Positions 11,871 to 32,084 of a stretch of DNA of 32,084 bases are shown here, piece after piece. Under the pieces are notes generated by a model. The model saw only the letters and a list, made by a program, of their open reading frames with translations. It searched no databases and was not told where the DNA came from. The DNA comes from Guillardia theta CCMP2712 (lineage: Eukaryota > Protista > Cryptophyta). Positions within the stretch are counted from its first letter, which is position 1. Every line of letters begins with the position of its first letter. A program made the translations under genes and the position numbers. The DNA lies in the NCBI RefSeq assembly GCF_000315625.1, contig NW_005434564.1, positions 125,270 through 157,353 on the forward strand, read 5' to 3'.

Positions 11871-12623
11871 TCACACGGATGTGGTCGTTACATACCGTTA
11901 CATTTTTATGATAACCCCTTCTTTTACATGTAGAAGGAGGGGTGATTTTCGTTTCCCTGTTCCCCGACAGACATCGTATCGCCACACCTGTTCCCGCTCC
12001 ACTCCCGCCAGACCTTCGTCCTCTTCTCTCTTCTCTTCTCTCCTCCTCAGATTCTCTCCTCGGCTCCCTCCCTCTTTCACTGCATTCCTTCTCTCCTCTC
12101 CTTGCTCCTCCCATCTGCTCCTCTCTCAGCCCTTCATCCTCTCATTCCTGTATCCATTCAGCTCCCTTCCTGGCTCCCCTCCTCGCTCATCTCCTTCTCC
12201 TCCCTCATATCCATTTCCCCCCATCTACTCCCTGGTCCCTTTAATTCTTCCTCTCCTCCCTCCTCTCGTTCCTGGATTGTACCTCTATCATCAACTAACG
12301 ACCCCTTCGCTTTCGTGGTGGCAGGACGGGCAGCTTCCTAGGTTGCACTCGCTGCCTTCATTCCTGCTGCTTCTACCTTGGATTCTAGCTCCGCTCCTCA
12401 AGAGATGTAGCGGGAGGTGGCCGGGAAGGAAAGGACTGGTACGAGCATGTCTGTGAAGCAAGCAGCTTCATGCATGAAAGGAACATGCGCTGGTCCGAAG
12501 GAATTCAGCGACAAAGGAGGAGTCTGAGGGATAGGAATCGAGCGATGGAGACTCACAGATGAATGCTGGCTTACGGTGTCGGCTCGTGGCTCAGAGTGAA
12601 ATGACATCAACGGCGTTGAGAGG

Positions 12624-21190
<8,567 letters not shown>

Positions 21191-21683
21191 AGGAGTTGAC
21201 GGAAAAGCTAACGAATAGAAGGAGGAAGAGGGAGAGGAGGGGGGGAGAACCATGTGAGCTTTCTCTGGACATGGAGCGTTCGAGATCGACTAGAATCGGG
21301 GAGCAAGCGTCTGTGAAACCTTCTTCAGAGACAAACACGCTTCGGCAATGCTCTTGCAGGTGTCGTTGCCGATTAATCCATCCTTTCAATCCTTGCACTC
21401 TACCCCTGCCGCATTCCATTCCTTCCCCTCCCTCCATTCCATCCCCTCCCCTCCCTTCCTCTCCCCCTCTCCCCTTGTCTCCTCTTCTCCCCCTTTCTCT
21501 CCTCTCCTCTCCTCTCCTCTCCTCTCCTCTCCTCTCCTCTCCTCCCCCACCCGCCTCTCCTCTCCTCTCCTTTTTTTATTGTTCGACAAAGTGCTAACCA
21601 CAAACTTCCATGGCAGGGCGGGTCCAGGCCGCTACATGCTCTCGCATCAGGCTTGTGCTTGACCCACTCCTTCATCAGAGCAC

Positions 21684-21815
21684 TGTAATGACATGATGGT
21701 TGTATTGCAGTGTAATGACAGGATGGTTGTATTGCAGTGTAGTGACATGATGGTTGTATTGCAGTGTAGTGACATGATGGTTGTATTGCAGTGTAATGAC
21801 ATGATGGTTGTATTG
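21684..21815. repeat. 27-bp minisatellite TGTA(A/G)TGACATGATGGTTGTATTGCAG, about 5 copies
   Basis: Four full copies and one near-full copy, with single-base variants. Confidence 0.95.
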
Positions 21816-21899
21816 TTTCTTCATTGATGTTCTTGTACCTGTTTCATGACTCTACTGTCTCTTCATCGATGCACTTTTACTTGTTTACTTGCTTCATGA

Positions 21900-23100
21900 C
21901 TCAGCTGCACTATCACCTTATCAGTGCCTTGTGCTTCCTCGGTGCCATGGTGTTTCTTAACTGTCCTGTCTCTTCATCAGCATGCTCATGTATAGGCAAA
22001 GTATTGTTTTGGATTCTGGTGAGTGCAGGCAAAGTATATTCGTCCACTTTGCCTTTGTTTGATCTGTTCTTCGCCCCTAGCAACCCAGATTACAACCACA
22101 TGAGGATAGGAACAACAATACACCGTTACAAGAGACGAGAGGTAAGGAAAAGTAGGGACTGATGCGCAGGATTCTGCATGTGAAGCCAAGTTTACAGAGA
22201 CTTCATTTCTGCAAAGACATGTACTATGACGCGGTTGCAGCCGATTGTAATACATGTCATAGCATGTGGTGTATGGTAATCACCTTGCCGAACATCATTT
22301 GCAGCAGGAAAAAGTCGACAAGGAATTGAAAAGGTCACCATAGCATGATCAGCTACATCCCAACTGATTCCGATCGCACTCTCAATTTCTTTACGAAGGG
22401 TCCACTCGCGTTGTGCACTTCGCCGACTTCTAGAAGACGATGATGCAGTTGACCATCAGATGAACGATTGATGACTCCACGAACATCTCCCGTTGACAAG
22501 CGGAGGTTTGCTGGTCCTTCTCGTGTCCAGTTCTCCAACTGCTCCAGTGCTTCATCACAAGTTTTTTCGTATTTGTTTGCAAGCATCCTCCAGATATGCT
22601 GCTTGAAGCATTTCGACAAGGACACGTGTGAAAGACGTTCCTTGCTGTTCTTCTTCTTGAATGCCAACAGGTCAACACAGCGTGACCAAGTTTAAGTCCG
22701 AATCCTACAATTTCCATGAACCACAACTGAAAAAGAAATCATTTCTTTCGAAAGAACCTTTATCCTCGCTCTGAACCCCCTCCACTCATGTCAGATCAGC
22801 TATCAATGATGATTCCTGTCCTGATCGCGTCCTCGTCAGTCGCACTAGTAGTCGCATCTGATCCGGACCCCGTCACTGCTGTGGTATGGGCAGTGGCACT
22901 TCCAATCTGTGTCCGCTGACCATTCAAGTTATTCCTCACGCAGACCCACGTTGCCCGCAACTCTTCCTCGGGTAGTACGTCTTGTCTCAGTTTCATTCTC
23001 ACTTGTCCCCTGGATCGAATTCTCCAAGAAGATGTTTGGGATGTGCTCACAGAACCTCGGCCATGTCGCTTTCTACCGCTTCCATGAAGGCGACCTGAAC
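21900..23100 (-). pseudogene. Coding-like region: hypothetical gene or degenerate gene
   Basis: Protein-like stretches (LAFKKKNSKERLSHVSLSKCFKQHIWRMLANKYEKTCDEALEQLENWTRE and KGKVDEYTLPALTRIQNNTLPIHEHADEETGQLRNTMAPRKHKALIR), but I could not build a stop-free splice path. Confidence 0.3.
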
Positions 23101-24477
23101 AATGAAAGGTGTTGAGTCCTCACCGTTACGTGCTAACGGCGAAGTTCTCAAGTTGGATACATGTTCAACTGTCCTTTAGTAAATATTTGAAATCATAGAT
23201 ACAATCTTGAAAATTATTCGATGACAACCCATGAACCTGGGTACCCGGTAGATTTAGGTGAAAATCACCTAGAGGGTAGGGGTCATCATTGTATTACGCT
23301 GGTAGTGATCATCAGTCGTGTCCGGCTATTGATGATGTTGACACATGTTTTTAAATCTGTACTTGAACTCGTTTTATAAATTATTAAGTAAAGTTTACTA
23401 GAATATAGCTAAATTATTAAAAGTACTTTTCAGTTTTTGGGTATAGATCACTTACATCCAATTATTTGATTTGATCTGAAATTGAGTACCTCTATTGAAT
23501 AGTGGTTATTCATACTGTACTGAATTTTATAAAAGTGATTTACCAATAAAAGAGTTTTTTAAGGACAGAGGCGCTCGCTCATGCCGACGGGCAGGCGAGG
23601 GGAGGAAACGGCGGGAGGAGGGAGGGAGGGAGGGAGAGGCAGGGAGAAGGAGCGGAGCACAGAGACTGAATGAGCAGAAGATAGATCCGATCAAAGACTA
23701 GGAACAGTAGTGTGCTCTAGCAGTAGTAAGAACTCAAGCGTGACACGCTGGCGATCACCAGCCACTAGGATTGTGGTTGAGAGATGAAAGCTTTGTGTGA
23801 CGATGAGGTTGCCATAGCAATGAAATCTAAAACCAGGTGTTGCTGTTCAGGTACGCTGAAGAGATCATTGAAAGAGGAGGTGTTTCAGTCACTCCGTTCA
23901 GCACAGCAGGAGGTGCGAGGAAATCGTACTGGTATAGATGAGATTCTGCTGCTGTAGACGCGAATTAGATGTGACGAAACAAAAAGGAAATGTGGTGATA
24001 TCAGATGTCGACTGGCGGTAATGTCGTAACAGAGGGAGTCACAAGGCGGAAGCTTGAGAGAAAGAGATGTAAGAACATTTTTAGTGAGGGGCGTTTGAGT
24101 TCCTGGCAAGGTTTTGCTGGGAATAGTGGAGCAGTTGAATGGTAACTATGAATAGTGTGTGATTTTTGGACTAGGAGGAAGTTGGTTGTTGGATGTATAA
24201 GAGAGAATGCCAAAATTTAGTTTTGAAAGCGACTACATGTGTGCACATAGTAAAGTGCTATTCTGGCAGAATTGCATTTGCGAGAAAATGCTTTGAATTT
24301 TCAAGAGAGATAGTGGCAACATACATTTTTGTTGACCACGTGTTGTTTTTTCCTTCCGTTGTTGACAGATTCGTCAACTTGTTGATTCGTGCTCTTGCGA
24401 TTTAGCGCGTGCAGAGATCGAAGAAGGATTGAGTGGAAAATCTTGACACGTTTCTCAGGAAGAAGAGCTTCGCCTCA

Positions 24478-26028
24478 ATGTCTTTGACATCGGACGAGTT
24501 GAATTATCTTATATATCGATATCTTCTTGAATCTGGCTACACACATACAGCGTTTTCATTCGCGCATGAAAGCCTCGTGACGAAAGCGAATATCAATGGC
24601 GCTGACGTCCCTCCTGGGTCGCTCATCTCCTTTGTTCAGAAGGGCATGCTTTATGTAGAAATCGAACAACATATTAACGACGATGGGAGTATAATTGATG
24701 ATGGAGGAGATGACAAGCTCTCCATCTTGGTTCCTTCTCATGTACAGGTAACACCACTGCATCTCGCTTTTTTCTTTCCCTTGATGTGACTGGAGAACCT
24801 TTCCGTTTCATAACACAACATGCAGAACCGAGATAATGAGGAGAAGGAAGAGGCACCTGAGGCGATGGATGAGGATGGGCTAGAAGTGGAAACAACCAAG
24901 GTGACGACATTGACAGGACACGAGAACGAGGTGTTCACCGTAGCATGGAACCCCACTAAGTCTCTACTGGCGTCCGGCTCAGGCGATTCCAGCGCTCGCA
25001 TTTGGCACGTGCCCACGTCAGACTCGGGGTCGGAGGCAGAGCGGAACACTCAGTGGCATGTGCTTGAACATTCCAACGCTCAGGGGAATGAGAAGGCCAA
25101 GGACGTAACAACGTTGGACTGGAACTCGGACGGAAGTTTACTGGCCACGGGGTCGTACGATGGGCATGCTAGAATCTGGAACGATCAAGGGAAGCTTGTG
25201 ATGACCCTAATGAGGCACAAAGGGCCTGTCTTTTCCTTGAAATGGAATCGCACGGGCTCTTACCTGCTCAGTGGGTCGGTGGACAAGACTGCCATTGTTT
25301 GGGACACGAAGACGGGGGATGTTGTACAGCAGTTTGCCTTCCATCAGGCGCCCACACTGGATGTAGATTGGCGGAATAGCAACTCCTTTGCGACTTGCTC
25401 AACTGACAAGATGATCTTCGTCTGCAAGATCGGTGAGGAATCCTTCGTCAAGAAGTTTGTTGGGCACAACGACGAGGTTAACGCCATCAAGTGGGACCCT
25501 ACAGGAACAATGCTTGCCTCCTGCTCCGACGACAGCACCGCCAAGATCTGGTCTGTCAAGCAGGATGAGCCGCTACATGACTTCCGCCTCCATACCAAGG
25601 AGATCTACACGCTCAAGTGGAGCCCGACAGGGCCAGGGACCAAGAACCCGAACAAGCCGCCACTACTGGCGACAGCAAGCTTCGACTCCAAGGTGAGAAT
25701 ATGGGACGTGGAGAAGGGAGAGTGCATCTTCGTTCTCTCCAAACACACAGAGCCGGTCTACAGCGTCGCCTTCAACCCTACCGGCGACTACGTGGCCTCG
25801 GGTTCCTTCGACAAGTGCCTGCACGTGTGGAGCGTCAAGGACGGTTCCCTCGTGAAGACGCTCAGAGGTAACAGCGGGATCTTCGAAGTAGCGTGGAATC
25901 ACGCAGGAGACAAGGTGATGTTTGTGCTGACGCAGGTGTCGAGTGATGCTAACAATTTGTTTGTGTTGTTGCAGGTGGCGGCTTGTTTCTTTAGCAAGGA
26001 GGTTATGATTATTGACATGAAAGTGTAG
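24478..26028 (+). CDS. TBL1: Transducin beta-like LisH + WD40 corepressor subunit (TBL1X/TBL1XR1/HOS15/Sif2 family); exons 24478-24747, 24826-25914, 25975-26028
   Basis: N-terminus [26 protein letters not shown]...[16 protein letters not shown] (LisH). Hallmark segments [53 protein letters not shown] and GIFEVAWN. Two canonical phase-0 introns. Confidence 0.96.
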
Positions 26029-26412
26029 TCTTGGCTAAAATACATTAAATGAAATAGGAAGAGACCGGGACAAATTCATTGTCACGCACATGCACACGAC
26101 TTTGACAGTGTAAAATAATTTTATCTACAAATATAACAAGAATTGAACATCTTCGCGGTAATGTTTACAGTGACTTGGGAAATTGGAAGAAACGAGTGCA
26201 CAACAAAGTCGAAAGTTGTGAATGTCGAAAAATAGCATTAGAGGAGGTGCCGGTCACTTTCAGTGCCATGAAGCCATTGAAAAACAAAAAAAACAAGGTG
26301 TAACAATGCTGCCATGGGCTGAAGAGTGCGCGCGCGAAGAGCTTCGATCTTTTGATGTGTCAGACTAGCAAAATCGGAATGTACATGTAAACTTGAAATG
26401 TGATGTTCTGAC

Positions 26413-26628
26413 TTAGTTGTCAGGCAGGTCCGTGATCCTAAACCTGCGAGTCGTCTTCTTTTTGGCAGGGAAATTCGGTGTGAGCTTCTCTGCTCCTGGA
26501 GAGCCATGGCTCACGCTTGCCATACTTGACTCCGTCGGCATGCTCTGCTGCATGTGCTGCATATTGGATTCATAGGATGCGAGGTTGTCAGGCAAGTTGA
26601 TTGGCTGAATCGGTGAGAGTACTGACAT
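26413..26628 (-). CDS. Small hypothetical protein (up to 71 aa) ending RRFRITDLPDN
   Basis: ATG-initiated ORF convergent with TBL1. A possible in-frame intron (GTGAGC...AAAAAG) is present, and LPDN occurs twice. Confidence 0.45.
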   Translation of the reverse strand: MSVLSPIQPINLPDNLASYESNMQHMQQSMPTESSMASVSHGSPGAEKLTPNFPAKKKTTRRFRITDLPDN

Positions 26629-27044
26629 TGCGAGCGTTGGAAACTGAGATACAGAGGGAGATTACAGCTGCCCAAGACAAGGTTGTGGAAGAAGGTTTGT
26701 GGATCCAAAACTCAAAACAAAATCTGAGCGAGGGTCAAAAACACGAAATGCGATGAAGAGGACTCCAGTAGGCAGCCAACAAACGCCCTTGCAAAGCTGT
26801 GGTAGGTACAACGATCGAGCAACGGAAAGGTCCGAACAAGGAGAATTCCGATTGAAAGGGAGGAACGCACTGAAAACAAAGGACGAGAAGAAGTGTAGGA
26901 GAGGAGGAGGAGGAGGAGGAGGAGGAGGAGGAGGAGGTAAGGTGGGGAAGAAAGGAGGAGGGTGAAAGTTTGGGGGCGAACGGAAGGAGGAGGAGGAGGG
27001 TTACGAGATCGTCGGAGGAGCGAGGAGACAGGGGGAAAAGATAC

Positions 27045-28800
27045 CACCCCTGATCACCCCTACCCTCACTGTAGTACCCCCACCCACTAAAAATCTGAGT
27101 GATTCATATCTGATAACCCCCTGTTTCCGAGAAATTCCAATCTTCGTACCCCGGAAGTATCACCCACCCCTGCAAAGATCAATTATCCCCAAGTTTGACT
27201 CCATTCGACCACCGGTGTCTAAATTTGTTGTTTGCTGGGAGAAGAGGTGGGTGGTCAGAGATGTAAAAATTTACCTCACCCCTGGAGTTTGTTCCCCCAC
27301 CCCTTCCGCGCTCCCTGGGGGGTGGGGGAAGTACCCGTTACAATTGTGGATAAGCTGGGGGATCGGGTAGGGTAGCTATATCACGGTGCAACGAAGTGAA
27401 TCTGAGAAGGGGTTCATTATATGAACATGGGTGGGGGGTGTCAGTCATGCAGAGAGATGGGTAGGGTCTGCGAAGATTCGACGTATGTGGACGAAAGTTT
27501 GGAATTTTACTATGACTGGTATAGGTAAATTGAGTGATTCATGCGATATGACACGTACAACTGCAATACACACGCTTTTGGGGGGGTAGGGGTATTTCTG
27601 AGGGGGTAGTCAATTGCAACAAGTGAGATATACGGGGTGGGCAACCTGGTAGGACGACTAAAGACTGTTGCGCCGGTGTGGAGGGGTGAGGGTACCAAAT
27701 GTGAAGTTTGGGGGTAGGTACTGTCATGTGGTAAAGACGGTACGATAGCTGGGTTGGTCTATAGGAAGTTTGGGTAGGGTGGGGACAAAAGTTACACCAA
27801 AGGAGGTGGGGTAAGGATGGTCGCCAATGAGTGATTCATTATAGTGGGTCCCCCGGGAGGGTAAAGTTATTCGAAGGGTAGGGGTACAAGAAGCAGTTGT
27901 CTTGCATTCAATCAATTAGTACGACTAATATGAAAATTGCAGGAAGCCAACAAAGGACCGACATTGTACCGGTGGTACCGATTCGGGGACGAAGACATTT
28001 CACAAAATCTCTGGTGCAAGGTAGTTCAACTTCGATTAAGTGGGTAGGGTGGTGTTCGAACAGGGGTGGGGTGAGGAGGGTCGAACCGGGCGAAGCCGTT
28101 ATTCCCCTAGTAGGGGAATGAGGGTGTAAAGAACTTTTAAGCATGTCCTTATTATAAAGATGGATCTCCCCAAATCAGCAATCCTCCAAACGACCTAAAA
28201 TCAGTCGGTTTCGTTTATACAACCAAACTATCTGGATTAAATATATTTGAAATACGAAAAGATGAGGGTTGGAAGTCAAACATGTATTTTTCCGCGGTTT
28301 CCTTAGGAGACCACCGACTCTTTCTCCCCAACACCAGGAGGAATTCCTCTATGCTTTTGAAGGTGGGGTGGGGCCAGATACAATTATACAACTCTAATAG
28401 ATAAAAATATTTTATGTTTCCACCAAAAGGAAAAGGCAGAAATGAAAGTGCTACTGATGTGATAGCAGATGATGTTCTGCCCTCTCAGCTCGCGGCTCAA
28501 AAAGTCATCTATTCGTTTAAAAGAATAGTTAAGGTTTTATCCAATGGGGGCTGGAGAAGGGGGTGAGGTCGATGCGGCCCAAGGACCCGGGGGGCGAAAA
28601 AAGAAAAGAACAGGAAGTCGGAAGGGGGGGTGGTCCTGTGGTTTCGTTGGATAGACGGGCATACCAGGTGGTTCCGACCGGGGGTCCTCACTAAACTCTC
28701 TTTACAAATGTTTTAACCAAACATTGCGAAATCAAGACGATATGATACACTACCAGGTCCGACTCCATCCGACACTTTGGGTGTCGGGGGGGGACAAAGG
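27045..28800. other. Non-coding field of dispersed GGGGT/GGGTGGG/GGGTAGGG tracts
   Basis: Dozens of G3-G7 runs, usually followed by T. No credible ORF. Confidence 0.65.
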
Positions 28801-28842
28801 GACGCATCTAATTTACATTCTGAATACGTCTGTTAATTAATG

Positions 28843-29965
28843 AGTGACCCGGCGTGATTTGACTTGGCCCGGCGGCCCGGCTCAGCCGCCGCTGCGGCCG
28901 GGGGGAAGGCGGCAGTCAGTGGCAGGATTGGGTTTGGTTCTCGCTGTCTTTTCTCTTCCGAACTTTTCCGTTCTCTCCGTATGGCCTGTGTGCCAGTGCG
29001 ACAGTGTCAGGGTCAAGCCTCCCGCCGTCCTCGACTCAGGCTCAGGCTCCCGGAGTCACGGTCCTGATGATTGTCCTCGCCGTGCCGTCACTCAAAGTGA
29101 TAACTTGCCTTAACTTGCCGCAGTGCTTTGGCCTGAGTACCGGCTACAGTAACTGAGCCCGGTGCCACCGACCGTACTACGGTACGCAGTGAGAGTCACC
29201 CAGCGGCTGTTAGGCCGGATCGGACTCAGCACGGCACGCAGCCTGGCAGTCAGTGCTGGGCCTCCACTCAGACCCGGCGCCGGGGCGCCGCCTGGGGCCC
29301 GGCCCCGCCCGGCCGCCTCAGTGACCGGCAAGCGGCTGAGCCTTCAAGTTGCCACTCAAGTACCGTGCCATTGAACGGCCGGTCAGTGACGCCGTGCCGT
29401 CCGCGGCGTGGTACGGGCCACTGAGTACCGACTGACTCTGTGAGTCGAGTCACTGAGTGGCACCCGTGACCGCTGGCACTGGCTGTCACGGTGCCCGAGG
29501 GCCTGCCCGCGCCGTTCTAAGTACCAGTCAACTTCCGAAAGCCTCAGTTGAGCCGGGGCCGCCCGGCGCGGCCCCCCCCTGGCAGTGACTGGCAGGCTGG
29601 GCGGCGGGGCATCCGTGACTGTCACTCTGCCAGAACGGCCGGCGGCGGGCGCGGGGCGCCAGGCCGAGCCCCGTGACGGATCATGGCATGACGGCGTGCC
29701 GCGAGTCGACTCCCAGTCACTGTGAGGCCGGCGTCAGTAGTTTCAAGTTTTTATTCAAATTTAAGTTAAAAATCAGTACGAGGACGGTACTGTACAATCA
29801 GGAGCCTTTCGAAGTTCAGTATAGAACCACTGCGGGCCCGGGGCCTCGGTCATCCTGCCGACTCCGGCGGACCGTACGGCCGGGCCGCGCTGAACTCAGC
29901 CGCTACACTCAGTGACACTGTCCCCCAAACTCAGTCACGCCTGGCCGCCTGCGGCGCCGCTGGGG
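28843..29965. other. Second, larger GC-rich palindromic-word block
   Basis: Same word vocabulary as 11200-11870 (CCGG, GGCC, CAGTGAC/GTCACTG, ACTCAG/CTGAGT, GTAC) with no obvious linear homology. Confidence 0.7.
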
Positions 29966-30087
29966 TTGACTGAGAGTCTGCTCCTGATCGGATTCTTCAA
30001 CTCTGAGAGTAGTAACGGTGACAATATGGCGAGTTGCTAGCAGCCGCAGGCAGTCTGAGCCAGATGACTCAGTGATGCCTCGCTAGG

Positions 30088-31979
30088 TCAGGCAGCGAGC
30101 TGGTTCCTGATCCTCCCAGAGAAGTTCACGGCAGGAGAGCTGAAGCTGCTTCCTTCATGNNNNNNNNNNNNNNNNNNNNNNNNNNNNNNNNNNNNNNNNN
30201 NNNNNNNNNNNNNNNNNNNNNNNNNNNNNNNNNNNNNNNNNNNNNNNNNNNNNNNNNNNNNNNNNNNNNNNNNNNNNNNNNNNNNNNNNNNNNNNNNNNN
30301 NNNNNNNNNNNNNNNNNNNNNNNNNNNNNNNNNNNNNNNNNNNNNNNNNNNNNNNNNNNNNNNNNNNNNNNNNNNNNNNNNNNNNNNNNNNNNNNNNNNN
30401 NNNNNNNNNNNNNNNNNNNNNNNNNNNNNNNNNNNNNNNNNNNNNNNNNNNNNNNNNNNNNNNNNNNNNNNNNNNNNNNNNNNNNNNNNNNNNNNNNNNN
30501 NNNNNNNNNNNNNNNNNGAGCAGCAGAGTAGCTCTTGTAGGCGCCCAAGACAGATCAATATCAATCGATCAAGATATGCAGCGTCTGTAAGAAAAGAGAT
30601 CTACCAGATGAGTCCGAGATCTGCAACACCAGACAGGACATCGGGTCAGATACTGTTTACAAGAGCTAAGAGTGACTTTCTATGACTTGCAATCAGACGA
30701 TACGATTTGTATGAGCCTGATTGCTATTCAGCTCAGGGCATTTGCATTCCACTGGCTACATTCACGTGAAGAACAAGAATCGTCCTCTGCTATCGATCCC
30801 TTCCTGAAGCCTCATGTATACAACATGCCTCCCTTCCTCCTTTCTAGATTCTGTTCCTCGCTCCTCCTCCTCCTCCTCCTCCTCCTCCTCCTCCTCCTCC
30901 TCCTCCTCCACATCCTCTCTTCTCCCTTGCTTCTTTCTCTCTCCCTTCTTCGCTCTCCTCCCCTCAGCCCTCATCCTCCTTCTCCCTCCCCTTCTACCTC
31001 CACCTTCCTTCACCTCTGCTTGTTGAGATCGGCGACGAGCTCGTCGATGGTAAGGAAGTGAGAGAGGCGAGAGGAGGGAGGCAGGAGGGAGGCAGGGGAC
31101 GGCTGTCCCCTCGCCTGATCCCTGGGAGTCCCGACTGATCCGAGTCAGCATGGGGTTAAGAACGGAGGAAGAGGGAGGAGGGAGGAGCGGAGAAGGAGGA
31201 GCGGAGAAGGAGGAGCGGAGAAGGAGGAGGGGAGAAGGAGAAAACAGGTGAGCGGATACAGGGCGAGGGGTAAAGAGGATGAGAAGAACAAAGGGAGGTG
31301 ATATTGGGAGGAGAGGAGGTAGAGGGAGGGGTAGAGGAAGAGGATACGAAGATGAGGAGAGGAGAGGAGAAAGAGCTAGTGAATTAGCAAGGGGACCTGT
31401 TTCTTGTGCGAGGATCTTTCGGAGGTGCTCAAGACGGTCACTAGTGCTGTTCTGCTCTTGTCTACAACATTATCGTCAGCTATCTCGACAACAAACCAGC
31501 ACCATCATCATCATCATCATCATCACCACCACCACCACCACCACCACCTCTTGTCTACAACATTATCATCAGCTATCTCGACAACAAACCAGCACTATCA
31601 TCATCATCACCACCACCACCGTTAACACCACCACCACCACCACCAAAACAACAACGAGAATAACAACAAGAACAAGAACAGGCAAGAATAACAAGCGTAA
31701 GAACAAGCATAAGAGCGGAATTGGGAACGAGATTAAGAACAATACGGCAAACAAGAAGGAAAAGGAGAAGGAGAAGGAGAAGGAAAAGCAGAAGAAAAGG
31801 AAAAGCAGAAGGAGGAGAAGGAAAAGTAAAAGGAAAAGAAAGGGAGGATGTCTATCTGAATTCTTCAGAAATCTCACTTTTCTACTGACTCTTCGCTCCT
31901 CCTGGCCACGAAGATTGAATCGACTCGCTGCTGCAATTCCTGCTGATTCAAAGAAGAAGCAGACTCGCGCAGGTCAAGC
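30088..31979 (-). CDS. Multi-exon hypothetical protein, probably 5'-truncated at the right edge; 3' end uncertain because of a gap
   Basis: Phase-consistent exons LDLRESASSLNQQELQQRVDSIFVARRSEESVEN|DRLEHLRKILAQET|VGTPRDQARGQ...SHFLTIDELVADLNKQR|KGSIAEDDSCSS|RSYKSYRLIASHRKSLLAL. Confidence 0.55.
31455..31620. repeat. Tandem duplication of an approximately 48-bp unique segment, each copy followed by (CAT)n(CAC)n
   Basis: CTCTTGTCTACAACATTATC(G/A)TCAGCTATCTCGACAACAAACCAGCAC occurs twice. Confidence 0.9.
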
Positions 31980-32050
31980 TGTAACATGCGATAAGTTTGA
32001 GTTCTGTCTCCTCCTCCTCCTCCTCCTCCTCCTCCTCCTCCTCCTCCTCC

Positions 32051-32084
<34 letters not shown>

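Noticed and set aside
23340-23560. AT-rich patch with short palindromes as a possible MITE
   Set aside because: No paired termini or target-site duplication found. More likely ordinary intergenic DNA upstream of TBL1.

Overview
Eukaryotic nuclear DNA from a draft assembly with four N gaps. Genes are close together and have many introns, either short (about 40-60 nt) or swollen by microsatellites and purine/pyrimidine tracts. This style suggests a cryptophyte alga such as Guillardia or Hanusia (inference only). Most ORF-track entries are microsatellite artefacts. By hand-splicing I find two well-recognised genes: a TBL1/HOS15-type LisH-WD40 corepressor and a bacterial-type NAD(P)H:quinone oxidoreductase (flavodoxin-2 fold). 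I also find a fucosyltransferase-like gene, three long multi-exon hypothetical genes on the minus strand and several weaker small ORFs. The main unannotated structure is a pair of nested terminal-inverted-repeat (TIR) DNA elements: a 2055-bp TTA-flanked element (7298-9352) containing a 1064-bp TA-flanked element (7551-8614). Also notable are recurrent intergenic blocks built from GC-rich palindromic words and a G-tract field whose strand polarity flips at a hairpin. All gene models were assembled by eye and some exon boundaries are uncertain.
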